The notes beneath the pieces are model-generated. The model did not search any database, had not been told where the DNA came from, and saw only the letters and a program-made list of their open reading frames with translations. DNA of 64,000 nucleotides from Methylophaga sp. (GTDB lineage: Bacteria > Pseudomonadota > Gammaproteobacteria > Nitrosococcales > Methylophagaceae): contig JASBUF010000069.1 in the NCBI GenBank assembly GCA_030148085.1, positions 4,924 through 68,923 of the forward strand. The letters run 5' to 3'. This document shows, one piece after another, positions 28,515 to 39,275 of this stretch (within the stretch, counting starts at the first letter, position 1; each line of letters begins with the position of its first letter). A program made the translations under genes and the position numbers.

Positions 28515-30598
28515 TGGAAAATAGTGTTCTGGCTGCCCGGTTAAAATCAGTTATTAACGGCCATCTGGCCACACCGATGTTGCTGGTGGCCCTGCTGGCA
28601 ATGGTTATTTTGCCTTTGCCGGCATTTATGCTGGACATGCTGTTTACCTTCAATATCGCGCTGTCTTTGGTCATCGTGCTGGCCAGCATCTACATGCTAA
28701 AACCGCTGCACTTCGCTGCCTTCCCCAGTATTTTGCTGATTGCGACCCTGCTACGACTGGCACTGAATGTCGCCTCAACCCGGATTATTCTTCTTGAAGG
28801 TCATACCGGCACCGCCGCTGCCGGTAACGTGATTGAAGCATTTGGTGAGTTCGTTATTGGCGGTAACTACGCTGTCGGTTTTGTCGTCTTTGCTATTCTG
28901 GTCATCATCAACTTTGTGGTGGTCACCAAGGGCGCCACCCGTATTGCTGAAGTCAGCGCACGTTTCACATTGGATTCGATGCCCGGTAAACAGATGGCGA
29001 TCGATGCTGATCTAAACGCCGGTCTGATTGATCAGGACGAGGCGCGCAGCCGTCGTGAAGAAATCATGCAGGAATCCGATTTTTACGGCTCGATGGATGG
29101 TGCCAGTAAATTCGTGCGTGGTGATGCCATTGCCGGGATTCTGATCCTATTCATCAACATCATCGGTGGTTTTATCATCGGTGTCGCTCAGCATGATCTG
29201 AGCTTTGCCCAAGCTGCCCAGTACTACACGCTGCTGACCATTGGTGATGGTCTGGTTGCCCAGCTCCCTTCGCTGCTGCTTGCCTCAGCCGCCGGTTTGC
29301 TGATCACCCGTTCGACCAAAGAGCAGGATATGGGCGAACAAATTGTCGGCCAGTTAACCAGTAACCCAAAAACACTGGCCATCACCTCAGCTATTTTGGC
29401 AGGCCTGGGTCTCATCCCCGGCATGCCTAACCTGCCTTTCCTGATTCTGGCTGCCATCGGTGGTGGTGTTGCCTGGTATTTACATCAACGTCAAAAAGCT
29501 GCCACGGTGGCTGAACAGGCTGCGATGCAACCACAGCAAGACTCACCGAGAGAACAGCGTGAACTAAGTTGGGATGATCTCAGCCCTGTCGACCCAATTG
29601 GGCTTGAAGTCGGCTACCGCCTGATTCCTTTGGTTGATAAAAATCAGGGCGGCCAATTAATGAACCGAATCAAAGGCATAAGAAAGAAAATCTCCCAAGA
29701 AATGGGCTTTTTGATCCCACCGGTTCATATCCGAGACAACCTCGATTTGGCCCCTACCGCTTATCAAATTACCTTGTTTGGTGTCACCTTCGGTGAAGCT
29801 GAGGTGTATCCGGATCGCATGCTGGCGATCAATCCGGGTCAAGTTTTTGGCAACCTGGATGGTATTCAGACTCAGGACCCTGCGTTTGGCCTTGATGCAG
29901 TCTGGATCGAGACTAATCAGCGTGAGCATGCTCAGGCGCAGGGCTACACCGTCGTCGATGTCGATACGGTAATTGCGACTCACCTGAGCAAAATTCTCAA
30001 TAACCACGCCCAGGATCTGCTCGGCCGTGAAGAAGTCCAGCATTTGCTAGATAATCTCGCGAAATCGGCTCCGAAACTGGTCGAAGGTCTGGTACCGGAT
30101 ACCGTGCCATTGGGCACCGTGCAGAAAGTGCTGCAGAATCTGCTCGAAGAAAATATTCCGATTCGCGATATCCGCACTATTACAGAGGCTATCTCGGAGC
30201 AGGCAGCACGTAATCCTGATCCAGAAGCCATCACTGCCGCCACCCGCATGGCCCTGGCCCACTCCATTATTCAACATATCAACGGCACCAATCATGAACT
30301 GCCTATAATCACTCTGGATCCGGAACTGGAACAGATTTTGCTGAAAACATTACAAGCCTCTGGAGAGGGTGGCGCGAGTCTGGAACCGGGTCTAGCGGAA
30401 AATATGCATAAGAACTTGCAAGACGTAACGCAAAGACAGGAAATGACCGGTGACTCTGCCATTTTGGTGGTTCAAGCGGGTCTGAGAAGCTGGATTTCCC
30501 GCTTTATCCGCCACTCGATTCCGGCGCTGAATGTGTTGTCCTACAACGAAATACCGGACAACAAGCAAATCAGGATTGTGGCCAATATCGGCCGCTAG
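28514..30598 (+). CDS. flhA: Flagellar export protein FlhA
   Basis: ARFTLDSMPGKQMAIDADL and FYGSMDGASKFVRGDA motifs. Confidence 0.97.
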   Translation: MENSVLAARLKSVINGHLATPMLLVALLAMVILPLPAFMLDMLFTFNIALSLVIVLASIYMLKPLHFAAFPSILLIATLLRLALNVASTRIILLEGHTGTAAAGNVIEAFGEFVIGGNYAVGFVVFAILVIINFVVVTKGATRIAEVSARFTLDSMPGKQMAIDADLNAGLIDQDEARSRREEIMQESDFYGSMDGASKFVRGDAIAGILILFINIIGGFIIGVAQHDLSFAQAAQYYTLLTIGDGLVAQLPSLLLASAAGLLITRSTKEQDMGEQIVGQLTSNPKTLAITSAILAGLGLIPGMPNLPFLILAAIGGGVAWYLHQRQKAATVAEQAAMQPQQDSPREQRELSWDDLSPVDPIGLEVGYRLIPLVDKNQGGQLMNRIKGIRKKISQEMGFLIPPVHIRDNLDLAPTAYQITLFGVTFGEAEVYPDRMLAINPGQVFGNLDGIQTQDPAFGLDAVWIETNQREHAQAQGYTVVDVDTVIATHLSKILNNHAQDLLGREEVQHLLDNLAKSAPKLVEGLVPDTVPLGTVQKVLQNLLEENIPIRDIRTITEAISEQAARNPDPEAITAATRMALAHSIIQHINGTNHELPIITLDPELEQILLKTLQASGEGGASLEPGLAENMHKNLQDVTQRQEMTGDSAILVVQAGLRSWISRFIRHSIPALNVLSYNEIPDNKQIRIVANIGR

Positions 30599-30618
30599 TG
30601 AGTGATTGAGGTAGCTTT

Positions 30619-31821
30619 ATGAAAATCAAACGTTTCCAGGCAGCAGATGTCCGTCAGGCGATTCGCGAAGTCAGAGACGTGTTGGGTCCCGATGCCGTTA
30701 TTCTCTCGAATACTCGTGTCGACGGCGGCATTGAGATTGTCGCTGCCACCGATTATGACGAGACGCAATTCCGTCGTCAGGCGAACTCGGTGGAAATGAA
30801 CAAGCCACAACAACCGCGCGTCGAAATCAATCCCTCCATGGAAGAGCGCCCTGTTCAGTCCAAAGCCGCACCAGCAGAAAATATCTGGTCGCAGGAACCA
30901 ACCCTGGTTCAAATGCGCCGCGAAATTGCCAGTCTGCGTGACATGCTGCAAAACCAGCTGTCGGATCTGACCTGGAAGGATATGGAGCGCCAAAGCCCAA
31001 CCCAGATGCAGTTACTCAAACGTTTTCTGCGTATGGGTGTGGATGTTGAAATTGCCAAAGCCATTACCGCACAAATGGCCGGTTTGGATGATCTGGATAT
31101 GGCATGGCGTCAATCTATGGGGCGTCTGGCCAGTCAGATTCAGTTATCACAAGACGATTTTCTGGCACAGGGTGGCATTTATGCCCTGGTTGGCCCTACC
31201 GGTGTCGGTAAAACCACCACCATTGCCAAACTCGCTGCCCGCTGCGCACTCAAACACGGTGCCCGTAATGTCGCCCTGGTCACCACAGACTGCTACCGTA
31301 TCGGCGGACAGGAACAACTACGTAGCTACGCACGTATTTTAGGAGTACCTATCCGCGTTGCACGTACCCATGCTGAACTGAAAGATACACTGGCCGATCT
31401 GCTTGATCGCCGCTTTATCCTGATAGATACTGCGGGAATGAATCAGCGGGACATGAAACTCAGTGAAAAATTTGCTTTGCTCAAGCAGCAGTCACCCCGA
31501 GTCAAAACCCTAGTGACCTTATCCGCCAACACCCAGGCCAGTGGCATGGATGATATTATCAAAGCGTTTTCACACTTGGACCTGAGCGGCTGTATTCTGA
31601 CCAAAACCGATGAAGCCAGCAGTTTAGGCGGTGCCCTGTCTGCGATGATTCGACATCAACTGCCGATGGCCTTTGTCACTAATGGCCAACAAGTCCCTGA
31701 AGATTTGAGCCTGGCGCGACCAAATACACTGGTCAATCAGGCCAGTGAATTGATGAATGATGAACAACAGCTGGACCCGCAAACCTTGTCCAGTTACGGA
31801 GGTTTTGCCGCCTATGGCTGA
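30619..31821 (+). CDS. flhF: Flagellar biosynthesis GTPase FlhF
   Basis: MKIKRF N-terminus, GPTGVGKTTT, DTAG and TKTDE motifs. Confidence 0.95.
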   Translation: MKIKRFQAADVRQAIREVRDVLGPDAVILSNTRVDGGIEIVAATDYDETQFRRQANSVEMNKPQQPRVEINPSMEERPVQSKAAPAENIWSQEPTLVQMRREIASLRDMLQNQLSDLTWKDMERQSPTQMQLLKRFLRMGVDVEIAKAITAQMAGLDDLDMAWRQSMGRLASQIQLSQDDFLAQGGIYALVGPTGVGKTTTIAKLAARCALKHGARNVALVTTDCYRIGGQEQLRSYARILGVPIRVARTHAELKDTLADLLDRRFILIDTAGMNQRDMKLSEKFALLKQQSPRVKTLVTLSANTQASGMDDIIKAFSHLDLSGCILTKTDEASSLGGALSAMIRHQLPMAFVTNGQQVPEDLSLARPNTLVNQASELMNDEQQLDPQTLSSYGGFAAYG

Positions 31822-32686
31822 AATTACCCAGGATCAGGCCGCCGGTCTGCGTCGTCAACTTAACCCACCTCGCCCGGTCAAGGTCATCGCTATCGCCAGT
31901 GGTAAAGGCGGTGTCGGTAAAACCAACGTCACCGTCAACCTCGGTATCGCTATGGCTGCGCAAGGCAAGGAAGTGGTTCTGCTTGATGCCGATCTGGGTC
32001 TCGCCAATATTGACGTGATGCTGGGCCTGCACCCGCAATACAACCTGCTGCATGTGCTTGATGGCAGCAAAACCCTCAAAGACATTATCGTTGAAGGCCC
32101 TTCAGGTCTGAAAATCATCCCAGCCGCTTCCGGCGTGCAGAAAATGGCAGAACTCAGTACCGCAGAACATGCCGGCATGATCCAGGCATTCAGCGAAATG
32201 GATCAGCATATTGATGTGCTGCTTATCGACAGTGCTGCCGGTATCGCCGACAGCGTAGTCAGTTTTAGTAAAGCCGCACAGGAAGTCATTGTCGTGGTCT
32301 GTGATGAACCCGCGTCCATCACCGATGCCTACGCATTGATTAAACTGCTCAGCCGTGATCATGGCGTGGAACGTTTCCACATCATTGCCAATATGTGTCG
32401 CAGCGTGCAGGAAGGCCGTGAACTGTTCGACAAGATTTCTCTGGTCTGTGACCGCTTCCTTGATGTCACATTGGACTTTATGGGCATAGTGCCGTTTGAT
32501 GAGGACCTGCGCCGCGCAGTCAAAAAACAGCGCAGCGTGGTGGAGGCCTTCCCTCGCAGTAAAGCGGCCACGGCGTTTGCCCACCTGGCGAAAAAAATCG
32601 ATTACTGGCCGGTGCAGAAACAGCCACGCGGTCATATGGAGTTCTTTGTCGAAAGATTGATTCAGGCTAGTATGGAAATGGCATGA
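31814..32686 (+). CDS. flhG: Flagellar number regulator FlhG/FleN (MinD-like ATPase)
   Basis: DQAAGL N-terminal motif, SGKGGVGKT, DADLGLAN; start re-set to ATG 31814. Confidence 0.93.
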   Translation: MAEITQDQAAGLRRQLNPPRPVKVIAIASGKGGVGKTNVTVNLGIAMAAQGKEVVLLDADLGLANIDVMLGLHPQYNLLHVLDGSKTLKDIIVEGPSGLKIIPAASGVQKMAELSTAEHAGMIQAFSEMDQHIDVLLIDSAAGIADSVVSFSKAAQEVIVVVCDEPASITDAYALIKLLSRDHGVERFHIIANMCRSVQEGRELFDKISLVCDRFLDVTLDFMGIVPFDEDLRRAVKKQRSVVEAFPRSKAATAFAHLAKKIDYWPVQKQPRGHMEFFVERLIQASMEMA

Positions 32687-33408
32687 TTGGCGGAGCTGCC
32701 ATGTACGCATCAGGACAATCAAAAACGGAATTAGTTGAACAGCATGCGTCCCTCGTGAAACGCATTGCTTATCATTTGATTGCGCGTCTGCCTGCCTCCG
32801 TCGATGTCGAAGACTTGATTCAGGCCGGCATGATTGGCTTGCTCGACGCATCACACCAATTCAACGCCTCACAGGGTGCCAGCTTCGAAACCTATGCCGG
32901 TATCCGTATCCGCGGTGCCATGCTGGATGAAATCCGCCGTAATGACTGGGCACCCCGCTCAGTGCATAAAAAGGCGCGTGAGATCTCGGAAGGCATGCAT
33001 CAGGTCGAACAGCGCCTGGGACGCAATGCCACAGACAAAGAAGTCGCCTCAGAGCTGGGCATGGATATCAGTGAATATCACCAGCACTTGCAGGACTCAA
33101 CAGGCCATCAGTTATTCAGCCTCGACGAGTTTACTGACAGTGACCAAACACAGGCACACCCTATTTCGGATACCCCCGATAGCCCAGAGCAGGAAGTGCA
33201 CAATGATGATTTTCAAGAGGCGTTGGCACAGGCCATTGATACGCTACCGGATCGCGAGCGCCTGTTGATGAGCCTGTACTATAATGACGAGCTGAATTTG
33301 AAGGAGATTGGAGAGGTACTTGGGGTCAGTGAGTCCCGGGTGAGCCAGATCCACAGCCAGACAGTATTACGTCTGCGCTCCAAACTCCGTGACTGGATAA
33401 TGCAATGA
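32683..33408 (+). CDS. fliA: RNA polymerase sigma-28 factor FliA
   Basis: LVKRIAYHL, DLIQAGMIGL, DWAPRS and VSESRVSQIH motifs. Confidence 0.96.
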   Translation: MIGGAAMYASGQSKTELVEQHASLVKRIAYHLIARLPASVDVEDLIQAGMIGLLDASHQFNASQGASFETYAGIRIRGAMLDEIRRNDWAPRSVHKKAREISEGMHQVEQRLGRNATDKEVASELGMDISEYHQHLQDSTGHQLFSLDEFTDSDQTQAHPISDTPDSPEQEVHNDDFQEALAQAIDTLPDRERLLMSLYYNDELNLKEIGEVLGVSESRVSQIHSQTVLRLRSKLRDWIMQ

Positions 33409-33420
33409 TTGGAGGTTGTT

Positions 33421-33810
33421 TTGGATAAGAATATGAGAATCCTGATTGTGGATGACTTTTCCACGATGCGACGGATTATAAAAAACCTGCTACGCGATCT
33501 TGGCTTCAATAACACTCTGGAAGCTGACGACGGCCTCACTGCCCTCCCCATCCTGCAAGCCGGTGGTATCGACTTTCTGGTCACTGACTGGAATATGCCC
33601 GGCATGCAAGGTATCGATCTGCTGAAAACCGTCCGTGCCGATGAAAAACTGTCGACCTTGCCTGTCTTGATGGTCACTGCGGAAACTAAGCGCGAGCAAA
33701 TCATCGAAGCTGCTCAAGCTGGCGTAAATGGCTACATAGTCAAACCATTTACTGCCGCTACCTTGAAGGAGAAAATCGAAAAGATTTTCGAACGTATCAA
33801 CGCACAATAA
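33421..33810 (+). CDS. cheY: Chemotaxis response regulator CheY
   Basis: [19 protein letters not shown] and VKPF motifs; TTG start behind GGAGG. Confidence 0.96.
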   Translation: MDKNMRILIVDDFSTMRRIIKNLLRDLGFNNTLEADDGLTALPILQAGGIDFLVTDWNMPGMQGIDLLKTVRADEKLSTLPVLMVTAETKREQIIEAAQAGVNGYIVKPFTAATLKEKIEKIFERINAQ

Positions 33811-33825
33811 GGAGCTTTTCCGCTC

Positions 33826-34560
33826 ATGGCTTCGATGAATAAAGATATCCAGCTTGATGCTGCCCGCGCGCTGGTCACAGCTCTGGAAAATAATGATGAC
33901 ACCACCGCTGGCAAACAACTGGCAATTCTTACCCAGTCACATGAGAGCCAGTTGTTCAAGGATGTCGGTAAGCTGACACGTGAACTGCACGAGGCATTGA
34001 ATAACTTCAATATCGATTCACGTCTGGTTGATCTGGCGCAGAATGATATTCCCAATACCCGTGACCGGCTTAACTTCGTGATCACCACCACCGAAGAAGC
34101 CGCCCACAAAACGTTGAGCCATATCGATAAAACCATGCCTTTGGCTCAAGAACTCCGCGAAACTGCCGAAAAGATAGACGAGAGCTGGCTGCGTTTTCGT
34201 AAAAAGGAAATGAATGCCGATGAGTTTCGACAACTGGTAAAAGAAATCGAAGCTTATCTGCCTACCGTCAAACAACATGCCGATCAGGTGCATGCCAACC
34301 TGTCGGAAATGACCTTGGCTCAAGGCTTCCAGGATTTGACCGGACAAGTTATTCGTCAGGTTATCAGTCTGGTTGAAGAAGTAGAAGCAAGTCTGGTTCA
34401 ACTGGTCAAAGTGGCCGGAAAGCACCAGCAGAATGTAACAACGAAAAAAGAGATAGACCCGATTAAAGCCGAAGGCCCGCAGATTAATGCACAGGACAAT
34501 CCCAACGTGGTGAATAACCAGGATGATGTGGATGACCTGCTCTCAAGCCTGGGCTTCTGA
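33826..34560 (+). CDS. cheZ: CheY-P phosphatase CheZ
   Basis: AQGFQDLTGQ active site and C-terminal QDDVDDLLSSLGF. Confidence 0.95.
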   Translation: MASMNKDIQLDAARALVTALENNDDTTAGKQLAILTQSHESQLFKDVGKLTRELHEALNNFNIDSRLVDLAQNDIPNTRDRLNFVITTTEEAAHKTLSHIDKTMPLAQELRETAEKIDESWLRFRKKEMNADEFRQLVKEIEAYLPTVKQHADQVHANLSEMTLAQGFQDLTGQVIRQVISLVEEVEASLVQLVKVAGKHQQNVTTKKEIDPIKAEGPQINAQDNPNVVNNQDDVDDLLSSLGF

Positions 34561-34571
34561 GGATAGGAAGC

Positions 34572-36587
34572 ATGATGCTGGACACTGATGATGAAATTCT
34601 CCAGGACTTTCTGGTTGAAGCCGAAGAAATTCTGGAAGGCCTGAACGAACAATTGGTCGAGCTGGAAAACCGTCCTCAGGACAGTGACCTGCTGAACGCG
34701 ATATTTCGCGGTTTCCACACCATCAAAGGGGGCGCGGGCTTCCTTAACCTGGAAGCCATGGTAGCGCTCTGCCACAAGGGTGAAGACGTGTTCAATCTGC
34801 TGCGTCAGGGCGAGCGCACTGTGGATGCGGACATGATGGATACCTTCCTCAAGGTACTCGATACCCTTAACACCATGTTTGACGAGATTAAAGCTGCCCG
34901 GCAGCCCAATCACGCGGATCCGGCGATCATCGAACAACTGGCCGCTTACCTCAGTGGTGACGTTGTCATTGCACCTGCTGCCTTACAACCTGAACCTACT
35001 CCCGAACCAGAACCCGAGATGCCACAGGCTGAAACTACGCAAACGACTTCCGGCGCCGCAGCCAGTGATGAAATCACTGATGACGAATTCGAAGCCTTGC
35101 TCGACCAGTTACATGGCAATGCCGCCCCCGGTAGTACTCAGGCTGCAAAACCGTCGGCACAACAACCCGCTGCGGCGCCTGCCAATAACAGTGATGACAT
35201 CACTGAAGAAGAGTTCGAAGCCCTGCTCGATCAGTTGCAGGGCAAAAACAAAGCGAGTCCAGCACCGGCCGCGGCTCCACAGAAAGCCAAAGCTGAACCA
35301 AAGCCTGCACCAGCTCAAGCCGAATCAACGCCTGTTCAAGCTAAACCAGCACCTGCCAGCGACAGCGTAGCAGTAGAACCCCCAGCCGCCAAAGCGGCTC
35401 CGGCCAAACAGCAGGCGGATACCAGCGTGCGGGTTGATACCAGCCGTCTTGATGAAATCATGAACATGGTTGGTGAACTGGTTCTGGTGCGTAACCGTAT
35501 CAGCACACTGGAAGCCGCCTTTGAAAATGAAGATATGGCCAAGGCAGTCAATAACCTGGCTGTCGTGACCGGCGACCTGCAGGCCGCGGTGATGAAAACC
35601 CGCATGCAGCCGATCAAAAAAGTGTTTGGTCGCTTCCCACGGGTGGTACGTGATTTAGCTCGCAGCCTGAAAAAAGACATCAATCTCGAACTGCGCGGTG
35701 AAGAAACTGATCTGGATAAAAACCTGGTCGAAGCGCTCGCCGATCCGTTGGTGCATCTGGTTCGCAATGCCGTCGATCACGGCGTTGAAATGCCCGACGT
35801 GCGTGAAGCCAATGGTAAACCGCGTCAGGGCAATATTGTGCTGGGAGCCGCGCAGGAAGGTGATCATATTCTGCTCACTATTGCCGATGATGGTGCCGGC
35901 ATGGATCCTGAAGTGCTGCGCCGCAAAGCGGTTGAAAAAGGCATGATGGATCAGGACACCGCTGCGCGTCTGACCGAGTCCGAATGTTTCGCGTTAATTT
36001 TTGCGCCCGGTTTCTCTATGAAACAGGAAATCACTGATATCTCCGGCCGCGGTGTCGGTATGGATGTGGTGAAAAACAGCATATCCAAGCTCAACGGTGT
36101 TATCGACATTAAGTCGGAAGTCGGTGTTGGTACAACCCTTTCCATCAAGGTACCGCTGACTCTGGCGATTATGCCGACGCTGATGGTGATGCTGGGCGAT
36201 CAGATTTTTGCCTTCCCTCTGGTCAACGTTAACGAAATTTTCCACCTGGATTTAACCAAAACCAATGTTGTTGATGGCCAGCAGACCATCATGGTCAGAA
36301 ACAAGGCGCTGCCTCTGTTCTACTTACGCAAGTGGCTGGTCAAACATTACACACCAAAGGACAAAGCCGAGATCGAACATGTTGTTATTGTCAATGTCGG
36401 CACGCAGCGAGTCGGCTTTGTTGTCGATCAACTGCTAGGACAGGAAGAAGTGGTGATTAAACCGCTCGGCGCACTGTTGCAGGGTACACAGGGACTGGCT
36501 GGTGCCACCATAACCGGTGACGGACGTATCGCGCTGATTCTGGACTTTCCCGAACTGATGAAAGCCTACGCCAATCGCGGTTACTAG
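34572..36587 (+). CDS. cheA: Chemotaxis histidine kinase CheA
   Basis: FRGFHTIKG HPt, MVGELV, HLVRNAVDHG and GRGVGMDVV motifs; C-terminal CheW domain. Confidence 0.96.
   Translation: MMLDTDDEILQDFLVEAEEILEGLNEQLVELENRPQDSDLLNAIFRGFHTIKGGAGFLNLEAMVALCHKGEDVFNLLRQGERTVDADMMDTFLKVLDTLNTMFDEIKAARQPNHADPAIIEQLAAYLSGDVVIAPAALQPEPTPEPEPEMPQAETTQTTSGAAASDEITDDEFEALLDQLHGNAAPGSTQAAKPSAQQPAAAPANNSDDITEEEFEALLDQLQGKNKASPAPAAAPQKAKAEPKPAPAQAESTPVQAKPAPASDSVAVEPPAAKAAPAKQQADTSVRVDTSRLDEIMNMVGELVLVRNRISTLEAAFENEDMAKAVNNLAVVTGDLQAAVMKTRMQPIKKVFGRFPRVVRDLARSLKKDINLELRGEETDLDKNLVEALADPLVHLVRNAVDHGVEMPDVREANGKPRQGNIVLGAAQEGDHILLTIADDGAGMDPEVLRRKAVEKGMMDQDTAARLTESECFALIFAPGFSMKQEITDISGRGVGMDVVKNSISKLNGVIDIKSEVGVGTTLSIKVPLTLAIMPTLMVMLGDQIFAFPLVNVNEIFHLDLTKTNVVDGQQTIMVRNKALPLFYLRKWLVKHYTPKDKAEIEHVVIVNVGTQRVGFVVDQLLGQEEVVIKPLGALLQGTQGLAGATITGDGRIALILDFPELMKAYANRGY
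35064..35243 (+). repeat. Two 54-bp intragenic repeats in the cheA linker
   Basis: 35064-35117 and 35190-35243 encode SDEITDDEFEALLDQLHG and SDDITEEEFEALLDQLQG. Confidence 0.85.
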
Positions 36588-36595
36588 GAGCAGTT

Positions 36596-37630
36596 GTGAC
36601 GGTTAAAGTCCTGATAGTTGATGACTCGAGTTTTTTCCGCAAACGCCTGACTGAAATCATTGATGCCGATCCAAGGCTACAGGTTGTCGCGACTGCGGCT
36701 AATGGTCAGGAAGCTATCGACCAGTTTCAGGCTGTACGTCCGGACGTGGTAACGATGGATCTGGAAATGCCGGTGATGGATGGCATCACAGCAATGCGTA
36801 AGATCAAAGCCTTACGTAAGACGCCCATCTTGATGCTATCAACCTGGACCACCGAAGGTGCCAAAACCACCTTGGATGCGCTGGATGCCGGAGCAACGGA
36901 TTTTCTGCCCAAACGTTTCGAAGATCTGTCCTCCGATCGCAGTGAAGCACAAAAAAAACTCTGCCAGCGGATCTATCAACTTGCCAGTGGCTTTCATGCC
37001 AGCCTGGAAGCGCCACTCCAACCTCGACCAGCAGTCGTCAGCAAACCGCGTGAACAGCATCTGAAACCCTCATTGGTTGCGATTGGTACCTCCACTGGTG
37101 GCCCGATTGCCTTACAAAAAGTATTAACGCAGATTCCGGCCAGCTTCCCCTGCCCCATTCTGATGGTGCAGCACATGCCAGCCACCTTTACACCTTCTTT
37201 CGCCGAGCGTCTGGACGCCCAGTGCAAGATCCGTGTTAAACAAGCGGAGCACGGTGAGGCTGTACTCCCTGGTACAGCCTATCTGGCGCCCGGCGGTCAG
37301 CAAATGCTATTGAAAGGTCGTCCTGGTCGCTTCTATTTGCACATTGAGGAAGGCGACCCAAGCCAGACGTATAAACCCTGTGTGGATCTGACGTTCAACT
37401 CGATAGCCCGCATCTGCCCAGCTGAAACCTTGGCGATCATTCTCACCGGCATGGGCAGCGATGGTCGTGACGGTTGTCAGACAATCAAACAGCTGGGTGG
37501 TACTATCTGGGCACAGGATCAGCAAAGCAGTACTATCTATGGCATGCCCATGGCAGTCGCTAAAGCCGGGCTGGCTGATAAAATCCTTGATGTCACAGAC
37601 ATCGGTCGACAACTGGCGGAGCTGGGTTAA
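36596..37630 (+). CDS. cheB: Chemotaxis methylesterase CheB
   Basis: Receiver domain plus GTSTGGP, QHMP and LTGMGSDG catalytic motifs. Confidence 0.95.
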   Translation: MTVKVLIVDDSSFFRKRLTEIIDADPRLQVVATAANGQEAIDQFQAVRPDVVTMDLEMPVMDGITAMRKIKALRKTPILMLSTWTTEGAKTTLDALDAGATDFLPKRFEDLSSDRSEAQKKLCQRIYQLASGFHASLEAPLQPRPAVVSKPREQHLKPSLVAIGTSTGGPIALQKVLTQIPASFPCPILMVQHMPATFTPSFAERLDAQCKIRVKQAEHGEAVLPGTAYLAPGGQQMLLKGRPGRFYLHIEEGDPSQTYKPCVDLTFNSIARICPAETLAIILTGMGSDGRDGCQTIKQLGGTIWAQDQQSSTIYGMPMAVAKAGLADKILDVTDIGRQLAELG

Positions 37631-38370
37631 TGGATATTCTGAGCATCATCGGACTGATCGTCGGCTTCGGTGCTATCATTGTCGGTCAGTACCTTGAAGG
37701 CGGCCATATAGAAACCATACTTAATGCCGTCGCCTTACTCATTGTGCTGGGCGGTACTCTGGGCGCGGTCATGCTGCAGACCCCGATGAACATTTTCTTA
37801 CGAGCGATGCGTATGTCTCTGTGGGTGTTCATGCCCCCCAAACTCTCTGCCAGCACCTTGCTGGGAAAAATCCTCGAATGGAATCAGGTCGCCCGCCGCG
37901 AAGGTCTGATCCGATTGGAATCGATGGCCATGGACGAGAAGGATTTGTTTACCCAGAAAGGCCTGCAAATGATTGCTGATGGCGCTGAACCTGAGATGAT
38001 TCGTGAGGTACTGGAAAACGATCTGGATATGGAAGAAAGCGACGATATTCAGGCAGCCAAGGTATTTGAGGCCATGGGCGGCTACTCACCAACCATCGGT
38101 ATTATTGGTGCGGTCATGGGTTTGATTCATGTCATGGGTAATCTGGCTGATCCCTCTTCACTCGGCTCAGGTATTGCTGTCGCCTTTGTTGCCACCATCT
38201 ATGGTGTCGCTCTTGCCAACCTGCTGTTTTTGCCGATTGGTAATAAACTCAAATCTGTGGTCGCACAGCGTTCTCGAGTAAGGATGATGTTGATCGAAGG
38301 ACTTATCGGCGTAGCAGACGGCGATAATCCGCGTAATATCGAAAGTCGTCTGCAGGCTTACCTGAACTGA
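37630..38370 (+). CDS. motC: Flagellar stator A subunit (MotA family, MotC-type)
   Basis: ARREGL, GGYSPTIGIIGAVMGLI and AFVATIYG motifs; lies after cheB as in Pseudomonas. Confidence 0.88.
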   Translation: MDILSIIGLIVGFGAIIVGQYLEGGHIETILNAVALLIVLGGTLGAVMLQTPMNIFLRAMRMSLWVFMPPKLSASTLLGKILEWNQVARREGLIRLESMAMDEKDLFTQKGLQMIADGAEPEMIREVLENDLDMEESDDIQAAKVFEAMGGYSPTIGIIGAVMGLIHVMGNLADPSSLGSGIAVAFVATIYGVALANLLFLPIGNKLKSVVAQRSRVRMMLIEGLIGVADGDNPRNIESRLQAYLN

Positions 38371-38378
38371 GGTAGCTT

Positions 38379-39275
38379 ATGGCACGTCGCAAAAAGCATG
38401 AAGAGCATGAAAACCACGAACGTTGGCTGGTCTCCTATGCCGACTTCATTACGCTGCTGTTTGCTTTTTTTGTAGTCATGTACGCGATATCCTCGGTTAA
38501 TGAGGGTAAATACCGCGTCTTGTCAGAAACGCTTAATGCCGTTTTTTCTGACCCCGTTCGTAGTAAAAATCCAATTCAGATAGGCGAAGTCAGTCGCGGA
38601 CAAGGTGAAGAGTCACCTGCCCCCGGCACCCCGCTCGAACCAACCTTTCAGATAGAACTGCCGGAGATACCGAATCAGCCACCACCGGCTTCGGCAGAAG
38701 ACGTAAAAACCATCAATGACCTATCTCAGCAATTCAGCACGGCACTGTCCGAGCTGATTGAATCAGAAGATGTGATCATTAAACAGGGTGAGGACTGGCT
38801 CGAACTGGAAATCAAATCCCGTGTTTTGTTTGAAAGCGGTGAAGCAAGACTTGCCCGCGCTGCTGTGCCGATCATCGGCGAAATTGCCGATATTCTGCAA
38901 AGCGCTGGCAACCCAATTCAGGTTGAAGGGTTTACCGATAACAACCCGATAAATACCCCACGTTTTCCCTCCAATTGGGAGTTGTCCGCCGCCCGCGCCG
39001 CCAGTGTTGTGCACTTGCTGGATCGCTATGGCATTCAGCCTGATCGCATGTCGGCTATCGGTTATGGTGAATACAAGCCCGTTGCCGATAACGATACTGA
39101 AGAAGGTCGTCAGAAAAACCGTCGTGTCGTACTGGTCGTGCTGGGCAGCGATAACAGCCGTCGTAATCTGGATATTTTCAGTCCGGAGTCGAGCATTGAC
39201 TTTCCAGTTGAACCACCAGCACCGACTGAATCAGGAGCCATTGTCAACGATACGGTAGGCGGAACAGCACCATGA
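38379..39275 (+). CDS. motD: Flagellar stator B subunit (MotB family, MotD-type)
   Basis: WLVSYADFITLL TM segment and OmpA-like domain (NWELSAARA, NRRV). Confidence 0.9.
   Translation: MARRKKHEEHENHERWLVSYADFITLLFAFFVVMYAISSVNEGKYRVLSETLNAVFSDPVRSKNPIQIGEVSRGQGEESPAPGTPLEPTFQIELPEIPNQPPPASAEDVKTINDLSQQFSTALSELIESEDVIIKQGEDWLELEIKSRVLFESGEARLARAAVPIIGEIADILQSAGNPIQVEGFTDNNPINTPRFPSNWELSAARAASVVHLLDRYGIQPDRMSAIGYGEYKPVADNDTEEGRQKNRRVVLVVLGSDNSRRNLDIFSPESSIDFPVEPPAPTESGAIVNDTVGGTAP

Noticed and set aside
32102-32854. 250-aa antisense ORF over flhG/fliA and the many other shadow ORFs in the track
   Set aside because: They are fully overlapped by well-supported genes on the other strand and have no domain signatures.
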